The notes under the pieces: generated by a model | What the model was told of the DNA's origin: nothing | Seen by the model: the letters and a program-made list of their open reading frames with translations, nothing else | Databases searched by the model: none | Program-made: the position numbers and the translations under genes | Assembly (NCBI GenBank): GCA_963771175.1 | Contig: CAVYSY010000038.1 | Span: 256,001 to 320,000, forward strand | Direction: 5' to 3' | DNA: 64,000 nt | Source of the DNA: an uncultured delta proteobacterium | GTDB lineage: Bacteria; Myxococcota; Myxococcia; Myxococcales; Myxococcaceae | Shown here: positions 24,701-35,123 of the stretch, piece after piece | How positions within the stretch are numbered: position 1 is the first letter of the stretch | Layout of the letters: each line of letters begins with the position of its first letter

Positions 24701-25855
24701 TCAGGCACCCTGTGCCGTCAGCCGGGCACGCAGAGGACGGGAGAGGGCAAGGCCCAGCTCGCTCAGCCCCACCTCGCTCTCGATGGGGACGCGCAGTTGT
24801 TCCATGTACGCGACAATCGTGCTCTGGCGGCTGGAGATCTCCTTCTGAAGCCCCATGGCGCGGAACTTCTCGAAGGCGATGAGCGCGTTGCCGAAGGCAT
24901 GATAGCCGATGAGGATCCGGTCGAGGGGGCGCTCGCACTTCTTGAGGGGCGAGTAATGCGGCCTGGCCTCGGGCGTCACGAACGAACCGACCCAGCTCGC
25001 CATGTGGAAGTACTGGTGCGAGCACTCGTGAATCATCATCTCCGCCGTCTCCGTGGGCGTGGCCGGCACGCACAGGTCGATGCCGCCGAAGCGGCGCGGC
25101 GAGGAGCCGCTGGCGATCATGTTCCAGTCCGGACGGCGGATGGGAGTGATCTCCTTGAGCAGACAGAGGACCCAGGCGCGATACTCCGGCATGGCCCGGC
25201 CCATCAGCTCCAGGGCCTCCTCGAACTGGGCGACCGCTCCCTGATTCACGACCGCCGCGGGCTGGCTGAGCTCATCCAGAAAGGTCGTGTGCCACTCGGC
25301 ACCCACCACGCGGATGGTGGGCTGACCGTCGACCCGGACGAACGAGGACTCCGTGCCGGCTTCAGCCCACACGGGGCTGCCGTTGCGCTGGGCGATGACC
25401 GAGAACGACCGGGGGGCGGTAGCGCCCTCGGCCTGGATCGTCATCCGGTCGGCTCCACCCCGGATGGAGAGACGCGCGGCGGGGACGAGCTGGCCGGCCA
25501 CGAAGAGAGGCGCGTTCGTCTCGACGTCGAGCTCGAGCTCGGAGGTCACTCCCGTCACGTGCGCGCTGAGGGAAATCTGGGCCCGGAGCCAGTTCCAGTC
25601 GCCCTCCGTGAAGGCCTGCTTCGACAGGCCGTTGAAGATGATCGCCACCTCCGGCGTCCAGTAGGCCGTGTTCGCCCCCCGCTGGGCGAGCCGCTGGGCG
25701 ATGTCGGCGAGCCGGGCGTCCTGGCTGTAGCCGTGCTGCTCGGCGAGGCGAATCGCCCGGCGACAGAAGACCCGGAACTGGTTGGTGGCAAGCTCGGCCG
25801 TCAGGGCGGCGTAATCGCCCTCGAAAGGATTGGACAGTCGGTTGAAGATTTCCAT
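24701..25855 (-). CDS. aKG-HExxH-type peptide beta-hydroxylase
   Basis: AEMMIHECSHQYFH and HYSPLKKCERPLDRILIGYHAF motifs; immediately follows the radical SAM gene. Confidence 0.85.
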   Translation of the reverse strand: MEIFNRLSNPFEGDYAALTAELATNQFRVFCRRAIRLAEQHGYSQDARLADIAQRLAQRGANTAYWTPEVAIIFNGLSKQAFTEGDWNWLRAQISLSAHVTGVTSELELDVETNAPLFVAGQLVPAARLSIRGGADRMTIQAEGATAPRSFSVIAQRNGSPVWAEAGTESSFVRVDGQPTIRVVGAEWHTTFLDELSQPAAVVNQGAVAQFEEALELMGRAMPEYRAWVLCLLKEITPIRRPDWNMIASGSSPRRFGGIDLCVPATPTETAEMMIHECSHQYFHMASWVGSFVTPEARPHYSPLKKCERPLDRILIGYHAFGNALIAFEKFRAMGLQKEISSRQSTIVAYMEQLRVPIESEVGLSELGLALSRPLRARLTAQGA

Positions 25856-25859
25856 GGGC

Positions 25860-27170
25860 TCACTCGATGACGGGCAGTTCCATTGAATTGGCTTCGGGAA
25901 TCTGAATCTCGGCGGGAGCCGCGCCCAGGGTCACGGGCCGCAGGAAGTCCCGGGCCCAGAACTCGGGCTTGCGCGAGAGCACCTGCGACAGGCGCTCGAC
26001 GCCGTTCTCCCGCCTGGCCACGATGGCGGCGATCGCGGTGTGGATGGTGTCCAGCGTCTCGCAGAAGACCGAGGGTTGGTCGAAGCCGGACCCCTTCTGA
26101 TAGCGATTGAAGAGCTCTCCGGAGCGGCAGGTCCGGAACCAGTCGCAGCTCGCACACTTCTCGGGGGCCTTGTCGACGGCCCGCACGAGCTGCTGCCACA
26201 TGGGGCTGCCGAGGAACTGCGCGAGGGTGGTGTTGCGGACGTTGGTGTCCGCGTTGAAGAGCGCCTTGTCGAGCGCCATGATGTTGTCATCCATCCCGAG
26301 CTTGCCATCGCCGGAGATGGTGATGATGTGGTGGCGGGTGGAGCGCCTGAAGTCCATCCGCTGGGCGCCGGCGTCCGAGATCATCGCCGACATGATGTCG
26401 GAGAGGAGCTGGATGGTGACCAGCCGGCCGATCTTCTTGGGCGTCGTCTGCCAGTACTTGATGATCTCGGTGAAGTAGGCGACCCACTTGCTCTGGGGCT
26501 TCCAGACATCGCTGTCGTAGCCTTCTCGCGGCAGCAGGATGTTGAAGTTGTCGATGCCGAGATCCTCGACGAAGTGCCGGACGACCTCTTCTCCGCTGTG
26601 ATTGGGATTGGCCACGCAGAGGATGCCCGTGGCGCGGTTGCGCCCGGCACGCACCCCCTCCTGGAGCAAGCGCAGGCCCCTCACCGTGGCCTCGTAGCTC
26701 CCCTTCCCCTTATGATCGGGGCGGGCCGCGTCGTGGATGTGGGGCGGGCCATCCAGGCTCACTCCCGCGGCCACCTGGTGCTCGGCGAAGAGCGAGACCC
26801 ATTCCTGGTCGACTCGCGTCCCGTTCGTCTGGAGCCCGAGGTGGACGTTCGTCACATCCGAGAGCTCTTCGCGGAGGATGCGGCAGATGGCATCGAAGCG
26901 CTTCTTCGGCATCAGCAGGGGCTCGCCACCGTGCAGGCCGATGTAGAGGTGCTGGATGTCCATCTCCTGCACACCGCGGCGTAGGAACGCGGCGACGTCT
27001 CGGATCGTGGCCTCGGAGATCAGGGCGGGACTGCTCTTGTAGAGATCGTTTTCCTGAAAAAAGTAATAACAGTACGGGCACGCCAGGTTGCACCGCTCCG
27101 CTATCTTGAGGACCACGTCCAGACAATTGGCCCACTCTCGAGGTTCTCTGCGCATCCTCGCCTCACTCAT
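25860..27170 (-). CDS. Radical SAM/SPASM peptide maturase, XyeB-like (cyclophane-forming)
   Basis: LKIAERCNLACPYCY, HGGEPLLM.K.RFD, LQTNG, SLDGP, GILCVANP, ISGDGKLGMDD, C-terminal Cx2Cx5Cx21C; matches XyeB/XncB as I recall it. Confidence 0.9.
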   Translation of the reverse strand: MSEARMRREPREWANCLDVVLKIAERCNLACPYCYYFFQENDLYKSSPALISEATIRDVAAFLRRGVQEMDIQHLYIGLHGGEPLLMPKKRFDAICRILREELSDVTNVHLGLQTNGTRVDQEWVSLFAEHQVAAGVSLDGPPHIHDAARPDHKGKGSYEATVRGLRLLQEGVRAGRNRATGILCVANPNHSGEEVVRHFVEDLGIDNFNILLPREGYDSDVWKPQSKWVAYFTEIIKYWQTTPKKIGRLVTIQLLSDIMSAMISDAGAQRMDFRRSTRHHIITISGDGKLGMDDNIMALDKALFNADTNVRNTTLAQFLGSPMWQQLVRAVDKAPEKCASCDWFRTCRSGELFNRYQKGSGFDQPSVFCETLDTIHTAIAAIVARRENGVERLSQVLSRKPEFWARDFLRPVTLGAAPAEIQIPEANSMELPVIE

Positions 27171-27185
27171 CCTGGGTTGCGGTGC

Positions 27186-27232
27186 AAAAAGCGGCCAGCC
27201 GCCGCGGGGTTGAGTCCACTGCGTCTGGCCGC
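27186..27232 (-). terminator. Stem-loop with U-tract between precursor and radical SAM gene
   Basis: gcggccag...ctggccgc stem followed by ttttt on the minus strand. Confidence 0.7.
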
Positions 27233-27248
27233 CTACAGCGAACGACTA

Positions 27249-27464
27249 CTACTCCATCTGCTCCAGCTCCTTACCGAGCGAGCCGTGCGCGGAGCCGTGG
27301 CCGGAGAGGTGGCCCGAGGCGTGCGCGGCGGCGGCGCTCACCGCATCCAGGTGCACGTCCATGAGCTCCACCAGCTCCTGGTCCGCGACGACCAGGTTCT
27401 TCTCCGAGGCGCCATCGAGCTTCGCCTTCAGACGGTCCGCCAGGGTCGAGAGGTTGTTATCCAT
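27249..27464 (-). CDS. RiPP precursor peptide with (HxSx)4 core
   Basis: Strong RBS AAGGAGG; leader ending ELMDVHLDAVSAA; core HAS-G-HLS-G-HGS-A-HGS; first gene before the radical SAM. Confidence 0.88.
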   Translation of the reverse strand: MDNNLSTLADRLKAKLDGASEKNLVVADQELVELMDVHLDAVSAAAAHASGHLSGHGSAHGSLGKELEQME

Positions 27465-27540
27465 ATCGCTTCCTCCTTGGTGTGGCTGTGTGTGGGGGGT
27501 GCGGCGACAACATCACCGTCTCCAAGGTCATCAACGCGAT

Positions 27541-27660
27541 TTCCCTGAAGAAGATGACTAACATTAAACTTTGCAAGTCATTCAGCCTGCTTGTCAAGTG
27601 CCTAAGAAAAAATAACACACACCTGGAATGTCGACTATTCGGCAGTTCCGGCTTGACAAG
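27541..27660 (-). promoter_or_regulatory. AT-rich promoter region of the RiPP operon
   Basis: GG-N10-GC motif aGGCACttgacaaGCa (27589-27602); inverted repeats cttgtcaag/cttgacaag and atgact-N16-agtcat. Confidence 0.45.
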
Positions 27661-27999
27661 TCGCACGGAATGAGGGCTAAGGCTCCGCGCGGCCCACCGC
27701 GTGGCTCCAGGCTTCGGACCCGCCGCCGCCGGTGGATGCGCGGTACGCGAGCAAAGGCAGACACGGCAGCCCAGGGCCGCTTCCCCAGTCTACGTGCGCG
27801 CACTGCGACAGGGAAGGTGCCCCGGCTGGTGCGAGCCTTTGGCGAGGGCCGCTACTCCTGGCTCAGTCCCCAATCTGGACGAAAGTGAGCGCAGCCGCCG
27901 TCGCCGGGCGACACCCCGTCCCAGCAGGCCGACCGCTCCGCTTGCCTCCGGTGGCACCGTGACGCGCCGCGCTCCGGGCGCGCGGGAATCGGGGCAGGC

Positions 28000-28356
28000 T
28001 CAGTCTCGGGGGGGGGCGTCCGAGCCGGGCATCGGAATCTCCTCGCCCCGAAGGCGTCCTCGGAACACCGCGGCCCGCATCAGGAACAGGGTGGTGACCG
28101 GCGCGGTGAGCGCGATGAACACCGCGATGAGCAGCGCATGAAGGTAGAGCTGGCCGCGTTCGTAGGAGACCTGCACCGCCGTCGCGAGCGCGAAGCCCCA
28201 GGTGCCCAGCGTCGCGCCCAGGGTGGGCGCGTGGACGCGCTGGAAGAAGCTCCTCAGGCGCAGCACCCCGAACGAGCCGATCAGCGCCGCCAGCGCCCCC
28301 CCCACCACGAGCACCGCGGTCAGCGCATCCACCCACGGAGGAGTCCACCCGTTCAT
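28000..28356 (-). CDS. phaG: Monovalent cation/H+ antiporter subunit G
   Basis: GSFGVLRL..FFQRVHAPT, TAPV; last gene of the operon. Confidence 0.85.
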   Translation of the reverse strand: MNGWTPPWVDALTAVLVVGGALAALIGSFGVLRLRSFFQRVHAPTLGATLGTWGFALATAVQVSYERGQLYLHALLIAVFIALTAPVTTLFLMRAAVFRGRLRGEEIPMPGSDAPPRD

Positions 28357-28631
28357 TCGATGACCTCCCCGCGCAGGAGGAACTTGGCCATCGCCGTGGA
28401 GCCCACGAACCCGAAGAGGGCGATCAAGAGCGCCGCCTCGAAGTAGGAGCTGCTGCGATAGACGAGCCCCAGCGCGAGGATGACCAGCATCGCGTTCAGG
28501 TACAGGCAGTCGAACGCCAACACGCGGTCCTCCGCCCTGGGCCCGACAATCATCCGTGCCAGCGCCAGCACCATCGCGAGGGCAAGACAGCCAAGGGCGA
28601 ATGCCAGCGACCAGGAGAGCAGAGGGCTCAT
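28353..28631 (-). CDS. phaF: K+/H+ antiporter subunit F
   Basis: GPRAEDRVLAFD...FEAALLIALFGFVGSTAMAKFLLRGEVIE. Confidence 0.9.
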   Translation of the reverse strand: MSPLLSWSLAFALGCLALAMVLALARMIVGPRAEDRVLAFDCLYLNAMLVILALGLVYRSSSYFEAALLIALFGFVGSTAMAKFLLRGEVIE

Positions 28632-29115
28632 TCGAAGATCTCCCTGAGCGGACGCTCGTAGTGATGCTTGATGAAGGTCACCAGGTTCGTCTCGCTCTGA
28701 ATGGCGAGCACGTGCAGCAGCAGGACGCGGTTGTCCGCCGACAACTGCGCCCAGGCGGTGCCCGGCGTGAACGTGACGATCATCGCCAGCACGGCCAATC
28801 CGTTCGGATCCTTCAGCTCGAGCGGAATGAGCACGAAGCCGGAGCGGATGTCGCGCGAGCGCTGGGTGAGAATCGCCCACGCCACCTCGGCGTTCGACCG
28901 CAGCATCTCGAGCACCACCCGGCAGAACAGGCGAGCCAGGAGGAGGGGCCTGCGCAACCGCACGGGGGTGGGCCGAGCCCGACGGTCACCGCGGGCCAGA
29001 ACAGCGCCAGGGCGGCGCCCAGCACCAGCGTCCCCGCGTCCAACGACTGCATGAGGAGAATCCAGAGCAGGAGCAGCGCCACCGAGAGCGCGGGAGAAGG
29101 AAGGAGCCGCCTCAT
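28628..29115 (-). CDS. phaE: Na+/H+ antiporter subunit E (frameshifted)
   Basis: SNAEVA, VTFTPGT, LLLHVL, YERPLREIFE. Confidence 0.85.
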
Positions 29116-30755
29116 CGCCCCGCCTCCGGCGCCGTGGCGGGCGGCCGCACCTCTGCTCCGAGGACCGCGTCGATGTACCCGCGGCGGTCATAGAGGGACT
29201 GGGCCGTTGCGCGCGCGAGCTCCATCGCGGGTCCCGCCGCGAGCGTCAGCACTCCGCACGCGGTGAGGAGCACCACCAGGGACAAGCCCTCCGGCGCCCG
29301 GACCCGAGGGGGCTCGCGCTGCATCTCGGACCAGAAGGTCCGGATTCCCGTCCGCGTGAGCGCGATGAGGGTGAGCAGGCCGCAGCCCAGGAGCACCGCC
29401 GGTGAACAGCCATGCACGGGCGGAGACTGGCCCGCTCCTCCCGGGCGACCCGAGCGCCGCCGACAACATGCCGAGCTTGCCGATGAAGGTGGACAGCGGA
29501 GGCAGGCCGGAGATGAGCAGTGCGCACGCGATGAAGGCCAGGCCCAACAGCGCGGTGGAGGCGGGGAACGGCAGGGCGACGAGCGGCTCCTCCTCGTCGT
29601 CGAGGTTGACCTCCTGCGTCTCGAGCGTCGCGCTCAAGAAGGGCGCCTCGTCCACCACGGTCGCACCCGCACGCCACCGCTCGACGAGGTCGACGAGCAG
29701 GAAGAAGGCGCTGGAGGCCAGCGTGGAGCTCACCAGGTAGAACACCGCGCGGCCGAGGACGGCTTCCTCGCCCAGGCCCAGCGCCGCCAGGAGCGTCCCG
29801 GCGGAGACCATCACCCCCGCCGCCGCCTGGACCGCGAGCCTCTGCGAGGCGATCATCCCCAGGGCCGCGAACACCGCGGAGACCACTCCGAACGCGAGCA
29901 GCCCGTCCGAGCCGAACCCCGCCAGCGGCCCCCCGGCGAACATCAGCGTCCAGAGCCGCACCAGGGCGTAGACGCCGACCTTCGTGAGCACCGCGAACAT
30001 CGCCGCCACCGGCGGAGTCGCCGACGCATAGGCGGGGACGAGCCAGAAGTTGAGCGGCCAGGCCGCCGCCTTGGCCAGGAACGCCACCGCGAGGATGGCC
30101 GCTCCCGCGTCGATGAGGTGCCGGTTGGCCACATTCTCCTGGGACAGGCGCGCGGAGAGCTCCGCCATGTTGAGCGTCCCGGTGACGCCGTAGATCATCG
30201 ACACGCCGATGAGGAAGAGCGACGAGGCGGCGAGGTTCACCGCCACGTAGTGCAGGCCCGCGCGGACCCGCGACTTTCCGGAGCCATGCAGCAACAGGCC
30301 GTACGAGGCGGCGAGGAGAATCTCGAAGAAGACGAAGAGGTTGAAGACGTCCGCCGTCAGGAACGCGCCGGAGAGCCCCATGAGCTGCAGCTGGAAGATG
30401 GGGTGGAAGTGAACGCCCGCGCGGTGCCAGCGCGTGAAGGCGAAGGAGAGCGCGCAGGTGCCCAGGATCCAGGTCAGCACCAACATCCCCGCCGACAGCC
30501 GGTCCACCGCGAGGGCGATCCCGAACGGCGCGGGCCAGTTGCCGGGCAGGTAGGCCACGACGCCGTATTCGTTCACCCACGCCGAGCAGCACCACCGAGA
30601 CGGCGAGTCCCAGGAGCGCGGAGATCATCCCCATCAGCAGCTTCGCCGGGCGGCGCCCCTCGCCCAGGAGGAGCATCACCGCCGCGGTCAGCATCGGCAG
30701 GAGGATGGGCGCCACCATCAGGTGGGGCATCAGGGCCTTGGATGAGCGCGCTCAT
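29112..30755 (-). CDS. phaD: Monovalent cation/H+ antiporter subunit D (several frameshifts)
   Basis: NWPAPFGI, DVFNLFVFFEILLAASYGL, LTKVGVY, GLPPLS. Confidence 0.88.
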
Positions 30756-31091
30756 GGCTCGGTGCCGTCCACGTGATCCGTCCCGGTCATCCCGCGCGAG
30801 GCCAGGATGATGACCAGGAGGAGCGCCGTCATCGCGAAGCTGATGACGATGGCCGTCAGCACGAGCGCCTGCGGCACCGGGTCCGTGTAGTGCGCGAGAT
30901 CCGGCGGGACGCCGTCCACGAGGATGGGCTCCTTGTCGATGGCCAGGCCGCCAATGCTGAAGATGAAGAGGTTGACCGCGTAGGAGAGCAGCGACAGGCC
31001 GACGACCAGCTGGAACGTGCGCGGGCCGCAGCAGCAGCCAGACGCCAGAGCCGGTCAGGATGCCGATAGCGATCGCGAGCACCACCTCCAT
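30752..31091 (-). CDS. phaC: Na+/H+ antiporter subunit C (frameshifted)
   Basis: MEVVLAIAIGILTGSGVWLLL; in another frame YAVNLFIF and DPVPQALVLTAIVISFA. Confidence 0.8.
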
Positions 31092-31094
31092 CAA

Positions 31095-34001
31095 TCACCT
31101 CCCGAGGCCCGGTGCGCGCGGATGCGACTGGTGCGCGAGCGCCACGAGGATGAGCAGCGTGGCGCCCAGCACCAGGCAGAACACGCCCAGGTCGAAGAAC
31201 ACCGCGCTCCCAAGGTGGAGCTCGCCCAGCACCGGCACGTTCAGATGGAAGGTGTGCGAGGTGAGCAGCGGGTACCCGACCACGAACGACTCCCGACGGC
31301 CGTGCCGAGCACGAACAGGAGGCCGACCGCCATCATCGCGCGCGGCGCGAGGTCGCAGCCGCTCCTCGACCCACTCGGTCCCGGACACGAGGTACTGCAG
31401 CAGGAAGCCCACCGACATCACCAGCCCCGCGACGAACCCACCGCCCGGCGCGTTGTGCCCACGCAGGAAGAAGAACACCGCCACCACTCCCGACACGGGC
31501 AGGAGCAGCCGGATCAGCACCGCGGGGACCTCAGGTACCCCACCGCGGTGTCTCTGCGCCTGGCGCGGGTTCACCAGGTCCGTCTGCAGGTCCGCCGGCA
31601 GCGCGCTGCTGCTGCGGCGGAAGCGCCATCACCTCGGTCGCCGGCCGGAAGCGGCGCAGGAGCGCGTAGACGGTGAGCGCGACGAGCACCAGCACCACGC
31701 CCTCGCCGAAGGTGTCGAACCCGCGGAAGTCCACCAGCATCACGTTCACCACGTTCCGCCCGCCTCCGCCGCTCAGCGCGTGCTCGAGGAAGAAGGAGGT
31801 CCGCTCGGGGAGCTCGCGCGTCATCACCGCGTAGGCCAGCACCGCCATCCCGCAACCGGCGCCCAGCGCGATGAGGAAGTCGCGGGCTCGCCGGCCCCGG
31901 GCGATCCGCAGGGTGTGCGCGTCGTAGACGCCGCGCGCCGGCTCTCGCGGCGGCAGCCACCGGAGCCCGAGCAGGATGAGCAGCGTCGTCACCACCTCGA
32001 CGGTGAGCTGGGTGAGCGCGAGGTCCGGCGCGGAGAACCAGATGAACGTGACGCAGCACACCGCGCCCGCGGTCCCCGACAGCATCAGCGCGGCGAGCCG
32101 GTGGAACTTCGCCTGCCAGGCCGCCCCCATCGCCGCGACGCCGCCCACCGCCCAGAGCGCGACGAACGTCGGCGAGAGCGGCACCAGCGGACGGTCCCCA
32201 GTGCCGATGCCGCCCCACAGCGTCCAGGACGCCCACGAGCAGCGTGACCACCACCATCGCCAGCAGCTGCTGCTGGAGCCCCGCGGTGAGCAGCCAGCGG
32301 CGCGAGCCACCGCTCGCCGCGGTGAGCCGCCGCCAGCAGGGCCGTGAAGAGCCTCGCGCCGTCGAACCACTCCAGGAAGCGCGCGCCCAGCGTCACCCGC
32401 CGCGCCTCCAGCCTCCGCAGCGCAGGTAGCAGCAGCGCGCCGCCGACCGAGCGCCAGCGCGCTCATCAGCAGCGGGAGGGTGAAGCCATGCCAGAGCTTG
32501 AGGCTGTACGGCGGGAGCGCGCCGCCCACGACCTGGCCGGGAGGCGGCCTCGAGGATAGGTCCCGATCGACGCCGCGGGCGCAATGCCCACGACGAGGCA
32601 GATGAGGACCAGCACCTCGACGGGGACGCGCATCCAGAGCGGGCCTCTTCTGGGACGCGCGGGGTGTCGCGAGCGCGCTCCGGGCCGAAGAAGACCTTCG
32701 CGGAGAACCGGAGCGAGTAGGCGACGCTGCCCACGCCGGCCAGCGTCGCCGCGATGGGCAGGATCCAGCTCGCACCGCCGGGACTGGCGTCGATGAAGGC
32801 GGTCTCCGCGAAGAACATCTCCTTCGAGAGGAAGCCGTTGAGCAGCGGGACGCCGGCCATCGCCGCGGTGGCGACGACCGCGAGCGTCCCGGTGATGGGC
32901 ATCAGCCGGAAGAGCCCCGACAGCCGCCGGATGTCCCTCGTCCCCGTCTCGTGGTCGATGATGCCGACCGCCATGAAGAGCGACGCCTTGAAGGTGGCGT
33001 GGTTCGATCAGGTGGAACACCGCCGCCACCGCCGCGAGCGGGCTGTTGAGCCCGAGCAGCAGGACGATCAGCCCCAGATGCGAGATGGTCGAGTAGGCCA
33101 GCAGCCCCTTCAGGTCGCGCTGGAAGAGCGCCACCCACGCGCCGAACAGCAGCGTCACCAGGCCGGCCGACCCGACCGTGCCAGAACCACAGCTCGGTCC
33201 CGGAGAGCACCGGCCACAGCCGCGCCAGCAGGAAGACGCCCAGCTTCACCATCGTCGCCGAGTGCAGGTACGCCGACACCGGCGTCGGCGCCGCCATCGC
33301 GTTCGGCAGCCAGAACTGGAACGGGAACTGGGCGCTCTTGGTGAACGCGCCGAGGAGGATCAGGCCCAGCGCCACCGGGTAGAGCGGGTGGCTCCGGAGC
33401 CGAGGTCGCGCTCCGCGAGGCAGCGCCTCCAGCTCGTAGCTGCCCACCAGCTGTCCGAGGATCAGCAGCCCGGCGAGCAGGCAGAGCCCGCCCATGCCGG
33501 TGACGGTGAGCGCCATCCGCGCGCCGCGCTGCGCGTCCTTGCGCTGGTTCCAGTAGCCGATCAGCAGGAAGGAGAAGAGGGAGGTCAGCTCCCAGAAGAA
33601 CGCCAGCGGCATCAGGTTCCCGGAGAGGACCACGCCCAGCATCGCGCCCATGAACGCGAGGAGGAAGGCGAAGAAGCGCGGCACCGGGTCCGACGGCGAG
33701 AGGTAGTACCGCGCGTACAGCATCACCAGCACGCCGATCCCCAGGACGAGCACGCAGAAGATCCACGAGAGGCCGTCCAGCCGCAGCACCAGCTCGAGCC
33801 CAAGGCGAGGGCACCCACGGCAGCCGCTCGGTCCTCAGTCCGTCCGCACGCGCGCGCGGGAAGTGCAAGCGCCACGCCCACCAGGCCCACCAGCGCGGTG
33901 AGGCCCGCCAGTCCCGCCGCGCGGTTTCGGGCGCTCGTGGGCAGCAGTGCCGCGATGGCCCCGGAGACCCAGGGAATGAGGAGAAGAGCAAGGAGCGGCA
34001 T
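31095..34001 (-). CDS. phaA: Monovalent cation/H+ antiporter fused subunit A/B (many frameshifts)
   Basis: [65 protein letters not shown]. Confidence 0.88.
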
Positions 34002-34951
34002 CACGAGAAGCGGGTGCTGGGGGGAACCACCAGAACGTCGCAGGGTACCTCACGAAGGACGTCCCCGGCGACAGTCCCGAGCAGCGCGTGCGCGAGTCCC
34101 GCACGGCCATGCGTTCCGAGCACCAGGAGGTCCGCCCGGCTCGTCGCCACGGCCTTCGGGATGACCAGCCTGGGCGAGCCGTGTCGAATATGTGACCTCC
34201 AGGTGAACCCGTCGTCCGGCGAGACCTTCAGCTCCGCCATCGCGGTGGTGAGCGCTCGTGCGAGGTCGTGAAGGGCCTTCTGGCGGTAATGCTCTCGGTA
34301 CTCCTGGCCCTGTTCCGCGTCGAGGCTCGGGTAGATCAGCCCGTGATACGGGGCGTCGTAGGCGTGGACCAGCTCGACGCGAGGGCGGGGAGGCGGAAGC
34401 ACCCGCAGGGCCAGGGCAAGAACATCCCGGGCGGCTTCATCCGTATTCAGGGCGATCACGGGGCGGCGATAGGTCTCGCGAGGCCGTAGGCGGACCACCA
34501 GGACAGGCAGCTGACTCCCTCGGATGACGCGCTCCGCGGTCGACCCCAGGAAGATGTCACGGAGCGTACGGCCACCGCCGCGGCCCATCACGATCAGTTC
34601 CGCCTTCTGGGAACGCGCGTGCCTGGCGATCTCAGCCGCCGCGACGCCCACCACGACGCGCGGCACGGCCTTGGCGCTCCGCGGGAGTCTGGACACCAGG
34701 CTCTTCGCCGTGAGCTCGAGTGCCTTCTTCGCATCGCGCTCGGCCCGGAGCCTGGCCTCTCCCAGGAGGAGCCTCGGGACCACGTGAAGGAGGGTGAGCT
34801 GCGCATTCTCGGCGAGGGGAAGCAGCGCGGCGCGCGCCAGGACCGGTTCCATCGCCGCGGAGAGATCAACGGGAATGAGTAAGGACTGAAAGGCGTGGGG
34901 CCTGGTCCGCCCAGCCTCTCGCCGGGCGCGGCCCTGGGTCGTCTTGCGCAT
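34001..34951 (-). CDS. Universal stress protein, two USP domains
   Basis: LIVMGRGG...FLGSTAERVIR and LLVLGTHGR...LLGTVAGDVLREVPCDVLVVP. Confidence 0.9.
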   Translation of the reverse strand: MRKTTQGRARREAGRTRPHAFQSLLIPVDLSAAMEPVLARAALLPLAENAQLTLLHVVPRLLLGEARLRAERDAKKALELTAKSLVSRLPRSAKAVPRVVVGVAAAEIARHARSQKAELIVMGRGGGRTLRDIFLGSTAERVIRGSQLPVLVVRLRPRETYRRPVIALNTDEAARDVLALALRVLPPPRPRVELVHAYDAPYHGLIYPSLDAEQGQEYREHYRQKALHDLARALTTAMAELKVSPDDGFTWRSHIRHGSPRLVIPKAVATSRADLLVLGTHGRAGLAHALLGTVAGDVLREVPCDVLVVPPSTRFS

Positions 34952-35123
34952 CACGCCAGCCTGTCCGTTGCCCTGTCGCGCCACAAGCGAAAGAAGGGCG
35001 GGGGCCGTGGGGCGTTGGATACGTCGCAGATGGAGCGACGGCGGGGTGCTCGACTTCCTCAACCCGCTCGGACGCGCTCGGGGTGGGTGTAGAGGTTGAA
35101 GCGCCCCATCCTCACCAGCCCCG

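Noticed and set aside
24701..25855. Zinc metalloprotease
   Set aside because: Surrounding motifs and position match the aKG-HExxH family better; not formally excluded without assay
25860..27464. Classical His-Xaa-Ser (HxsA/B/C/D) system
   Set aside because: That system uses contiguous period-3 HxS repeats and two radical SAM genes; here the period is 4, there is one XyeB-like enzyme and a double-glycine-type leader
27569..27597. Sigma-70 promoter from the TTGACA at 27592-27597
   Set aside because: No acceptable -10 hexamer at 16-18 bp spacing
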